A stretch of 63,246 nt of DNA, filler included, from Hyphochytrium catenoides (lineage: Eukaryota > Protista > Hyphochytriomycota): the NCBI GenBank assembly GCA_900088475.1. It is 13 parts of 13 records of this genome, joined end to end, with 100 filler letters (N's around TTAATTAATTAA, not from the genome) between each part and the next. Parts side by side here need not be neighbours in the genome. Positions count along the whole stretch, not along the records: positions 45,636 to 56,376 come from FLMG01003930.1; positions 56,477 to 58,538 come from FLMG01002620.1; positions 58,639 to 60,516 come from FLMG01001587.1; positions 60,617 to 63,246 come from FLMG01000662.1; 9 more parts are not named here. One strand, given 5' to 3'. The notes beneath the pieces are model-generated. The model had not been told where the DNA came from and did not search any database. It saw only the letters and a program-made list of their open reading frames with translations. Below, in pieces: positions 52,077 to 62,439 of this stretch (position 1 is the first letter of the stretch; every line of letters starts with the position of its first letter). The position numbers and the translations under genes were made by a program.

Positions 52077-53346
52077 ATGTGCCACATGATGGCTACTTCT
52101 CTCTCTATAGAAGGGCTTGGAAGGGAAGATTCGGGAGAGAAAGAGGAGGAGAAAAGGCTCAAGGGAAAGAAGAGAAGAAAAGAAGAGGGAAGAAGAAGAG
52201 AAGAACGCGAAACAAGAGAGAGACAAGTCAGCGAGCAAATGGAGAGAGAGAGAGAGAAACCGAGTCCAGAAGATGCCTTAGAAGACTGGCTTCAGACCGC
52301 AAGAGCGATCGAAGATGAAAAAGAAGAAGAAGAGACAGTGTCCTACGCCAGAGAAGTTAGCCCAGCGTCTCTCTCTAATATCTCTCTCTCTTCTTCTTCC
52401 TCTCTCAAAAAGAGAGTAGGAGAGATAGATGGAGAGAAGAAGAAGCAGAAAAGAAAAGAGAAAGTCAACGCGCTCAATGCAAAAAGCTCAGCAAGAGAGA
52501 AAGAAGTATACTCTCTACTTTCTAAAGAGAGAGAGGAGACGGAGACAGAAGAGAGAGAAAAGGAACGAGAAGAAGAAGAAGAAATGTTGGAAGAGCGAGA
52601 AGAGGAGGAAGAAAGTGAAGGCGAAGAAACCTGCAGTCTTTCCTCCTCCAGGACATCTACCACCCGCGGAAGAGAGAGGGAAAAGACAGAGAGGGAGAGA
52701 GACAAATGGCCCAGAAAGAGAATGAGGACGAGAGAGAAACTCGGTCCGGTTACCCAGCGGATTCTCTCTCTTGAAAAGCAGCTAAAGATAGCAGAAGAAC
52801 GGCATCTCTCTCTCAAAAGACGGCTTCAGCTAGTCTCCGTACCTGTGGACGAAGAAGACGAGAAAGACATTAAAGAGAGAGACGCTCCCTCCTCTACGTC
52901 ACGCTCTTCGCTCTCTCTCTCTCCTTCTGCGGCTGGTCTCTCTCTGTCTCTCTCTCTTCAGCGCGTGAGAGAGCTTCGAGAGTTTCTTCTCTCTCGCTCC
53001 ATCGACTATTTCAACGGCGCCAAGTTCACGGACTATGCCTGTCTTTTCCATAGCGACAGCACTATCTTTCATGACAAGCTTCCCTCTTCGTCTCTCTTTC
53101 TCTCTCTCCCTTCTTGTTCCTCTTCTTCTTCATCTTCCCCGTCTTCTCTTTCTGCTCTTCTCTCTCCTCTGTGGATGCCTTCTCTCATTGACGGAATAGC
53201 GAGCAGTCGAGGTTTAGATGCAATCAAGGTGATGTGGTAAGTCCTATCCCGCTCTCTCCTTCCTCTCTCTCTCTCTCTCTCTCTCTTTCCTCTTTCTATT
53301 TCTCTCTCTCTCTTTCTCTTTCTCTCTCTCCCTTTCTATTTCTATT

Positions 53347-53394
<48 letters not shown>

Positions 53395-54118
53395 TTTCTA
53401 CATTGAGCTCTATTCTCTGTGTTGTACCTTTCGTCCCTTCGCTTGTTCATCTCTCCTCTATTTTTCTGGACCTAATAGTACAGACTGACTGAACATCTTT
53501 CTGCCTTCTCTCTCTCTTTTTCTCTCTGTCTCTCTCTATCTCTCGTTCTTTCTCTCTGGCTTCCTTAGGGGAGAGTATTTTCGGCGTTTCGAGTGGTTTC
53601 GCTTTAAAGATTTGGAGTTTCGCCCTGCGGACCGCCGGGGCGACAGAATCCTTCTCTTTTTCACATTGGAAGCGAAAGAGAGAGAATCTGGGTCTCCCCG
53701 TTCTTCTTCTTCTTCTTCTTCTCCCTTCGTGCTGCAGGGCGAGGAAGAGAAGAGAAGAGGGGATGAAGGACTGCAACAGTTGGAATTGAGAGGGAGAGAG
53801 AGAGAGGACCAGAGGAGAGGAGGAGGAGAGAGAGTTATCTCTCTCAAGTGCGTGGACTTTTATATTTTCTCTCCCCAGAACCGTATCACTCACTGCAGAA
53901 CCGCTCTCAGGGGACCCCCGACCATTCTCTCTTCCCCTTCTTCTTCTTCTCTTTCTTCTTCCTCTCTCTCTCTCCCTTCTTCTTCGTCCCCTTCTCTCCC
54001 CTATTCTTCACTCTCTCTCTCTTCTTCTCCTTCATCTTCCCTTCTTTCTTCTTCTGTCTCCTCTGCTCAAACAGCGTCAAATTCCCATCTAGAGGAAGGC
54101 TGGTCGCTCCTAATGTAA
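52077..54118 (+). CDS. Two-exon protein: low-complexity Glu/Arg/Ser-rich N-terminus plus probable SnoaL/NTF2-like domain
   Basis: A long open frame is followed by an intron at ~53237-53568 (TG|GTAAGT...TTAG|G) that joins in frame. Core: IDYFNGAKFTDYACLFHSDSTIFH...SRGLDAIKVMW|GEYFRRFEWFRFKDLEF...RILLFFTLEA...RVISLKCVDFYIFSPQNRITHCRT. Confidence 0.6.
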
Positions 54119-54243
54119 TGTTACTGGAAAGAAAAGAGAGAGAACGGTGTCTCTCTCTCTACTTCTACATCACAATATTTTCTACCTTCTCTCCTTCTTT
54201 ATAAAACTAACATAGAAGAGGGAGTTAGAGGGCAACAACCACC

Positions 54244-54287
<44 letters not shown>

Positions 54288-56082
54288 AGAAAGAGGGTTG
54301 CAGATTGACATAAAAGTTTAGGGAAGACGGAAAGAGCCAGGGAGACACCTCAAAAAGAGAGAATATGAGAAGGAGCGAGAGAGAGAGAGAGAGAGAGAAA
54401 AGAAGGAAGGAGAGGGCTACTGAATGACCTATGCGTGGACAGGGAAAAAGGGCCCGAAGGGCCCGTGGACAGGGGTAAAAAGAAAGAAAATAAGGAAAAG
54501 AGCTCCCCCAAACTACAAGACCGACAAAATCGGCCTACTATTAGGGCAAAGGCAGCCTCCTTTAAGTACAGACTATAGCTAGCTTTCGCTATCAAACTGA
54601 CGATATCATCCTCAAATTACTTTAAAAGACAACTTATCATTAGCACCACCACCACCGGCATCTATCTCGAGCAAGGTCGATGATGATGTCGGTGGTGTAT
54701 GCTGGTATCCAACAACAATTTTCTTCCATTATGACTACCTCTGTCTACCAAATACTACTGTGTGGTTTGTTGCTGCTTCCTGCTGCTGGCCCTTCAATCA
54801 TTCATTATCAAACTTCTTCTTTTCATCGACTTGGATGCCTTCTTGTCATTATAGAACTGGCCATATACAGTATTAGCACCGCTGCAGCAGCGCACACGCG
54901 AGGAGAAGAAAATTGAAAATAGGACAAGGTGCAAGATGATGATGATTGGTTATCATGAAGTTAGCGTTGCTTGTGTCGGGAATTGATAGGAAGAGTTTAC
55001 ATGATGGTGTGGTATGTTGATTTATAAAAAACAAGAAGCTTATAAAGAAGTAGAGACGCTTGGCAGCAGCCGCGCATCATCAGTTAGAAGTCGAGAGGTC
55101 ACACAATATCACTATTATGCCCGACAACAGTAAGAGATCAAATATGTGCCTTTGGACAAGTGACCGAGGAAAAACGAATGTTGCGAAAAAGCCTTGTTGT
55201 CTGTCGTCGAAAGGCTTGATTGAAGCTAGCCTTTTACTAAAGAAGAGAAGGTGGGTGGCCATAGTAAGAATTCACATAGAAGTGATGAGAGAGAAAGTAA
55301 AAAGAGTCGAAGGTCTCAATGTTGATGATCCTCATCCGACTGGAGACGTACTAAGCTTACTTCACACTACTATTTAAGCACGTTCGACGAGAGCTGTGTC
55401 CTATTACAACTATTCCTGGACGCAATCGGTCGTGCCTACCTCCTACCAGAATGATGGGCGACCGACGATCTCCCCATCACCACTACTGTCGTCCCTCTTA
55501 GTCCACAACATCATCAGTTCGTCGCTCGGAGAGGGGCCAAGAATGTGAGCCCTCTTCCTAAGAAGCCAAGGACAGTGCTGACAACAGGGGCCGCGAGCAG
55601 GTAGTCGTCCGTCGGATGGTGACCAAGCAAAGGGTTGACGAAAATTGGTGTCGCTTCTTAGTAGTGGTGATACCAACAACGTCATGAAACTTCTTCTACT
55701 ACTGCTGCTACCATGTTATTTAAAGAGGAGTTCATAGCTTCCAGGGGAAAACAGCCAGATCAGAAGAAGAAGAGAGAAACCCAAATAGGGACCTGCTGCA
55801 CGGATAAAAGTATTAACCGTATTCAGGCTTCTTCTGAGGTGCAGGGAGGCGTGCGGCTGCTGGAGGAATCATCATCAACCATCATCATCTTTATCGGCGG
55901 GTTGTATTAGCTGCTGGTTGGTGCTAGCAGGGTAGTACAGCACGTTGCGGTGGAAAATCTTTAGGCTAGATTGTAACGACCCTTTCCTGTAGCCCAAAAG
56001 CACGAATTTACTAGCGAGGGGACCTCCAGGATCATAAAAGTCCGCTAGTGAAAACACCGCATCCTAAGATTAATTCCTTCTC

Positions 56083-56322
56083 AGAATAGAAAGAATAGAA
56101 TTAGGGCGGAGTTTGGTATGCCTATCGGTTTTACGAATATCGGTCAAACAGATTGAGGACTCCGTTAGGCGCAATCTATTATAGCAGTATATGTTAGGGT
56201 AGGGTTACGAAAGAATAGAATTAGAGCGGAGTTTCGAAAGCCATAGATCTGAGGAGCAAATGAGAATAGAATTGGAATAGGATTAAGCCATACATTTGTA
56301 TTGATTCTATTCTTTCTATTCT
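56083..56322. repeat. Small inverted-repeat (MITE/foldback-like or transposon subterminal) structure
   Basis: AGAATAGAAAGAATAGAAT at 56083-56101 has its exact reverse complement at 56304-56322. An internal direct repeat AAGAATAGAATTAG(G/A)GCGGAGTTT sits at ~56091 and ~56211. Confidence 0.65.
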
Positions 56323-56476
56323 TCAGGGTTGTTGTTATATGTGAATACTCCGTGTAGTAGTACCATATACTCCTCTNNNNNNNNNNNNNNNNNNNNNNNN
56401 NNNNNNNNNNNNNNNNNNNNTTAATTAATTAANNNNNNNNNNNNNNNNNNNNNNNNNNNNNNNNNNNNNNNNNNNN

Positions 56477-58538
56477 GTTATCAGTTAAGAGCACTAGCTC
56501 ACAAACTAATCATTCATCAAGTTCCAGAAGAAAAAGCACTCAGCTAAAGGTTATTGCGGCCCACGCTTAAGTTCTGTTATAACGTACACTGCCATCACCA
56601 TGGATAGCACGAAGGTCACTTTCTCGACCTCTAAGGGCGCCTTTGCCGTAGAGAAGCTCAGTTTTGACAACTACCGGGATTGGGCATATGAGATGGAGCA
56701 CTTCCTCCGAAAGGAGAACTGTTGGAAAGTCTTTCAGCCTGAGCTGATAGCGCTGGACAAGAAAGAATCCTACTCATATGATACCAAGACAGAGGAAGCT
56801 GCAGAGAGAGCTTATGCCTACATATGCATGGCCATTGAGAAGGCACAGAGAGTGTACGTGAAAGGGACGAGCACCCCTGGAAAAGCATGGCAGGCCTTAC
56901 AGAAAGTCTACAAGAGCAAAGGGAATGACGACCCAGAAGTCTTAAAGATGAGATTCCTGCATCTCCAGTTAGCAGAAGGAGGCTCTGTCAAAAGACAGTT
57001 GGGAGACTGGATGGATCTAAGGAACAACCTGGATGAGACACCGTATGCGGTGGGAGACGGTGACTTTGTCTTGAGACTCTTCAGCAGCTTGCCGAAGAGC
57101 TATGACAGCTTTATCCTGGCGATGAAGTGCATTCCTGATAGAACTGTTCTAACTCCAGATTTCGTCATGTCCACACTGGTGGACGAGGCTGATAGGAGAG
57201 AGCGGAGAGACAAGATTCAGGCTGGTCTTGCAACCTCGACTAGTGCGCAAAGCATCCGGCAGCCTCGATCTCCCGTAGCTTTCCAGATCGGTAGTACAAG
57301 CTCTGAAGAAGACCATCCAGAAGACCGCGGAGGAGCGCCTCCTGTCGGCACGGCCCAACAACAACCCGGAAGAAAAAGATGGGAGTTTAAGGGACGCTGC
57401 TTCGACTGTAAGCAGATAGGCCATAGAGCCAAGGACTGCACAGCCTCAAAGACCGCAAATGCAGCTGTGATCATGGACAGTGAGGAGCTGGCATTCACTG
57501 CCCAATCATCTCAGTCAGTCAAAGAAGAAGCTCAAGACGCAGCAGCGTGGATTGTAGACAGTGGGGCTTCAAGTCACATGACATTTGACCGCACCAGCTT
57601 CGCCACATTCAGAGAGGTGCATCAGAAAGTCAAGGTGGCTGATGCACGGGAGGTAGCAGCACTGGGAGTAGGGACAGTCAATCTCAACATAGCCAGCAAG
57701 GGGAGCAAGGGCAGAGCAATGCAGCTCCGGAAGGTCCTGTATGTCCCAGAACTGAAGAAGAATCTCTTCAGTGTCTCTGCCGCCACCGCCTCTAGTGGCA
57801 TGAGGTTTGAGTTCTCTTCCGAGCACTTTACTGCCAGAAAGGAAACCGAGGGCACTGGTGCCAAGATGATTGTGCTGGGAGAGCGATGCGGCAACTTGTA
57901 CTACCTGCGACAGTGCAAGCCATTGCCTCGAAAAGACTCAGAACCAGCAGCGCTGCGAGTCCAGCAAGTTGAAGAGGCTCTCCAGATAGCGCGAGAGAGT
58001 GGAACTGCTGACCTCACACGGTGGCATGGAAGACTAGGTCATCTCTGCCTGCGATACTTGAAGCAACTTCCCAGAATGGTGGACGGTATCAGGACGGTAT
58101 CAGGATCACTGGAAACTTGAAGCACATGTTTTGTGGCGGGTGTGTCCTTGCTAAGTCTCAACGCCAGCCGTTCCCATCCACTCACAAAAGGTGTGAAGAA
58201 ATCTTGGGAGTGGTTCATGCAGACCTACTAGTGGGACCTTTTGAGACACTCTCAGTCAACGGTGAACGCTCTTACAGAATATACAGTGATGAAGCCTCCG
58301 CAGTGACCGGTGTAGGCTTCCTAAGGTCCAAGGACGAAGCCCTGCAGGATTTTAAGAGCTTCAAGACTCGCATAGAGCTCCAGACTGGAAAGAGGATTAA
58401 GGTTCTCAGGACAGATGGCGGTGGGGAATTCACCTCAAATGAGTTTCGGGCTTACCTTACCAAGAATGGCATCAACCATCAGGTCACGGCTCCTCCTTAC
58501 ACGCCTCAACAAAATGGCTTGGCGGAGAGGAAGAATAG
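56477..58538 (+). mobile_element. Ty1/copia LTR retrotransposon, 5' half (leader, gag-protease-integrase), gag-pol from 56600
   Basis: Gag KLSFDNYRDW, zinc knuckle CFDCKQIGHRAKDC, protease WIVDSGASSHM, WHGRLGH...CGGC, VHADL and LRTDGGGEF...[15 protein letters not shown]-like GGTTATTGCGGCCC at ~56549. One frameshift at 58081-58102. Confidence 0.96.
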
Positions 58539-59826
58539 NNNNNNNNNNNNNNNNNNNNNNNNNNNNNNNNNNNNNNNNNNNNTTAATTAATTAANNNNNN
58601 NNNNNNNNNNNNNNNNNNNNNNNNNNNNNNNNNNNNNNCGAGATGAAATGAAAGAGAGAACTGATCAAGCCGCAGGAGAAGTGATCAAGCCGCAGGAGAA
58701 GTGATCAAGGGTAAGAAACCAGTACTTAGAGGTCCAGGATAAAGAAGCCATCCGTGAGAGAAGGTAGTGAGAAAGAGACAAAGCGGAGAGAGTGAGAGAG
58801 AGAGAAAGCAAAGACAGAGCAGAAAAGGTAGACTACAGAAAAGATCCGCAAACTTTAGTGAGTCAGGTAGAGACAGAAAAAGTAGAGAGCGGGAGAAAAA
58901 AAAAGAGAGAAAGAGAGGGAGAGAGGGAAAACGAGTGAGATTATAGAGAGGGGGAAAGAGAGAGACAGAGAGAGACAGAGAGAGAGAGAAGGACAAGGGA
59001 AGCTTCGTCCCTCCTTCCCCTCACCTGCTGGTTCTTCGCCTCCAGCTCCTTGACATAGCTACACTTCCCATCGCAGAAAGCGCCGAGTGAGGAAGGATGC
59101 TTCCTTCCGCTCCTCGGCTCAGCTACCACACTGGGGCTGGGTCCAGCGCTCATGGTATCCAGTGGCAGCTTCAGAGGGAGAAGCCCCAACGCAGGGCCTT
59201 TGCTTCCGTCGACGCTCTCCAACAGAAGAGATTCAGACATCCTTCCTGCAGCTTCTCTCTTCTCTATGCCTCTCTCTCCCTTCTGTTTCTCTCCCAGTCT
59301 CCTGGGTTGCAGCTTCTCCCTACTCGCAGGTGGTAACAACGCCTTACTAATCCACCATCGGAGCTAGTGCCAAGTCTCAAGCTGTTCAGCAATCAGGAGG
59401 GAGGAGTTGCGAGAGGGAGCAATCAGTGTTTAGCTGGAGAAAGGCCTAGCGTTGTCAGAAGAATGAGGCGGCAGTAGTAAGGAGAGAACTTATATGGCGC
59501 CAGCAGATGGAGACAGACTAGGCAGAACGTGCGTAGAAAGCTTTTGCTGTCTTGATAACGAGGTGCATAAAGTGCAGATCGAGGCCCGAGCTGTCGAGCA
59601 GGCACGGAAGAGTAAGGCAAGGCAGCCAGAAGCGGCAGCTAAGAAGCGAGAACCCACACAAAGAGGCAGACAGTATAGGCTGCGAGATGAGGAAGAGACA
59701 ACGAGAGACAAAGGGAGAAGATAGAAAGTCTTGTGAGCACTTGTGTGGCTGCTGGAGAGCGAGTAAGTGAGAGAGAGAGAGAGAGAGAGAGAGANNNNNN
59801 NNNNNNNNNNNNNNNNNNNNNNNNNN

Positions 59827-59868
<42 letters not shown>

Positions 59869-60616
59869 GAGATTAGAGAGAGACAGGCACGTCAAGTCCC
59901 TTCACTAAAAGCAGTAAGAAGGGGGAGGAGCAGCAGCAGCCATTGCCTCCTACAATCCCAGCAGTAACGACCAATCAGTACGCTAACGGCCATCTCTACT
60001 ACCCATTTACCTAATAAAAGTATGGCTTATTAACCCAGTCGAAAAACAAACTACTCTTTTACAGCGACATCATTGTTATAACTGGTCGATGATGCGGCGG
60101 TGCATCTCGCCCTTCTTCTCTTGCCTCTGCTCTGGTCATCTCCTCAGCAGTCTTTCTCTCTTCGATCTCTAGGAACGGTGCCCATAGACCAGCCTGGAAG
60201 CCGTCACTCTTGTCCGTCACGCTCGCTCAACTTTTCTCTTCTCTGGACGGTCGTATACTACCTCGCGCCTTCGTCTCTACGTGGGCTGCCCCTCGTCTAA
60301 CGACCTAGGAACGCTCGAGCTAACAGTCACGGTGACGGAAGAGACCTTTTCCCGACCTTGCCTGCCATTCTTTCTCGCTTGCTAGAGTCAGTAGCTCCAC
60401 AGGTAAGAAGCTTATAGAAACTCGCTTAAAGCATCGGTGAAGGACTTTCAACCATTACGCTAGAGGGATAACGGTGCTTGACAAGGCTGACTATCTCCTC
60501 GCAGGCTGGTTATTTGNNNNNNNNNNNNNNNNNNNNNNNNNNNNNNNNNNNNNNNNNNNNTTAATTAATTAANNNNNNNNNNNNNNNNNNNNNNNNNNNN
60601 NNNNNNNNNNNNNNNN

Positions 60617-61414
60617 ACGTACTCTTGACTAATCTCCGTTTTTGTTTATATACCAGGGATTTTTCCCCTCTGCGTCGTCCGCTGTACACGTTTTGGTTTC
60701 AGCGTCGATCACAGTTCAAGACGCATTTGCTGACAGATGCAGAGCTTAATGAATTGCACAATAGCCTCGTCAGGTATACCGTAGAAGCTGGCCTTGATAG
60801 CCTTCCTCGTTTTGCCAATGCCAAGGTGCCCTTGGTGGTGAGTTCTCCTCAAGACCTGAAAAAGTTTCTTTGATGAACGACCTCGATCGAGTAGTTCCTC
60901 CATCTGTTCTCCCCGTTGTGCCCGCCGGTAGTCATTTGCTGGTAACATGATCCTTTCGTCGTTTCCTATTTTTTAATCATTGTAACTTATTTTTACGCAT
61001 CCAAGTCCGAAATGAGCAGTGCCATACTGATTTTGGGCCCTGTATGTAACTTTCAACGCTTTGGAAGTCCCGTAGGTACTTGGCCATCATATCATGTTTC
61101 TCACCCGAGATGATTCGGCCTTTTAAGACATAAGCGTCCAGCCATTCGCCAAACATTGTTCTCTGAGCCACTTGTTCGGCTGTCTCGGGGACAGGTTCTC
61201 CAATGTCCCCATGGTCCTGCTCTTCTTGGGCTGCTTGTGTATCAATTGTCTGGCCTCCACCCCTTTCCTCATTCCCCACGCTTCCCTCTCCTCCCACACT
61301 GGTAGTTCTGTTGAACTGTGATCGACGCTGAAAGCAAAAAGTGTACAGCGGACATCGCAGAGGGGAAAAAACCCGGGTATTTAACTTAAACGGAGATTAG
61401 ACAGAAGTGTACGT
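60617..61414 (-). mobile_element. Non-autonomous long-TIR DNA element with integrase H2C2 zinc-finger remnant (Ginger/KRBA2-like)
   Basis: Imperfect ~100-bp TIRs (60617-60719 vs 61311-61414; e.g. TTTCAGCGTCGATCACAGTTCAA / TTGAACTGTGATCGACGCTGAAA). The internal - strand peptide THHQGHLGIGKTRKAIKASFYGIPDEAIVQFIKLCIC ends at the TIR. Confidence 0.8.
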
Positions 61415-61416
61415 TT

Positions 61417-61490
61417 GGTGTATGGTACATACTGGTTAGGGTGTCGGCATCAAAGACAGTGGTGAATGGGTTCGAATCCCGGAGCGTACA
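61417..61490 (+). ncRNA. Degenerate tRNA-derived Pol III cassette within an LTR-like insert (61415-61564)
   Basis: A-box-like TGGTACATACTGG and a perfect B box GGGTTCGAATCCC. Partial acceptor pairing GTATG/CGTAC, with TTTT shortly downstream. No anticodon arm can be folded. Confidence 0.65.
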
Positions 61491-62178
61491 AAACTTTTCT
61501 GCAATATATTCAGACACCCCCCATATTAATTTAAGGTGCTCACCACCAAATGATAAATCTAACAAGTTCTATCTGGTGAGGATGGACCAATGGAGTCGCC
61601 ATACATCATTCTAGCAGCTAAGTGTGCTAACTTGTAATGGCGATATCTCAGCAACTAGAAAGAGTTAGAAGCTGAGATTTGGAGAGTATAATGACCGCCA
61701 TCTATACTACCGGATCCTACATCCAATACTCCCCCGCAGTACGAAAAATCTAGCGAGTACTGGAGTTCTTAGAACCACCACGAATGCCTAAGGCGACACG
61801 GAATTCACGAAAACGAGGCCAAAGAAGACCATTGGTCAAAACATCAGCCGTCCTCTCACACGATTTGGTGAATGTCAGCGTGATACTTCCAGACGTTACC
61901 TTTTCTCGGACTACGCAGTGCTTGACATCGATATGCTTGGACTTGGGGCGAGCCATCTCGCAAACCGTGATCGTGCTCTTGTATTCCTGAAAAATCTCTA
62001 TTGGTCCCTTCTGAGGACATCCTAGCTCCCCCATAAGGTACAGAATATGATTCACGTGCTTGGTGGCCACTCAAAGAGAGATGCATTCCGCGTCCGTCGA
62101 AGAAGAAGCTGTGAGTTGCTGCTTCAGCGGCTTCCACACGAAGAGGCCTTCACCCAACGTGAAGTAGTAACCTGAAAT

Positions 62179-62439
62179 TGTTGAGAACTGTGATATGTTC
62201 GCAGTTCTACTGCGCTGTACAATGATTGTGCAGTGGCCGAAGGGGCTAACGGTCAGTCCTGGTACATGATAGGTTCACAGTAAAATAGGGCATGTGGTGT
62301 AATATCCTAGTGGTAGCACGCCTCGTGATCACCTGGAGGTCCGTGGTTCGAGTCCCGGCTTGTCCATTTATTTACTTGTAAACATCTGTCCAAACCCTAC
62401 CCATAAAGAGAGCTCGCTGCTCTATTAGAAATTCCAACA
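62179..62439. mobile_element. Solo LTR (261 bp) containing a tRNA-derived cassette, inserted in the copia RNase H
   Basis: Termini TGTTG...CAACA; 5-bp TSD GAAAT (62174-62178) / TAAAT (62440-62444) with one mismatch. Removing the insert restores DRKSISGYYF. Confidence 0.88.
62288..62366 (+). ncRNA. tRNA(Ala)-derived sequence (pseudo-tRNA / Pol III promoter) inside the solo LTR
   Basis: Acceptor GGGCATG/CTTGTCC+A with a G3-U70 wobble and A73. D stem GTGT/GCAC with a ~7-nt D-loop insert, variable loop AGGTC, T arm GGTTCGAGTCC. The anticodon arm is corrupted. Confidence 0.82.

Noticed and set aside
58081-58120. Programmed ribosomal frameshift in copia
   Set aside because: It is fully explained by an 11-bp duplication and falls inside the integrase zinc finger, not at the gag/pol boundary.
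62288-62366. Functional tRNA gene
   Set aside because: The anticodon arm does not form a canonical 5-bp stem with 7-nt loop, the D loop has an insertion, and it lies inside a TSD-flanked LTR.
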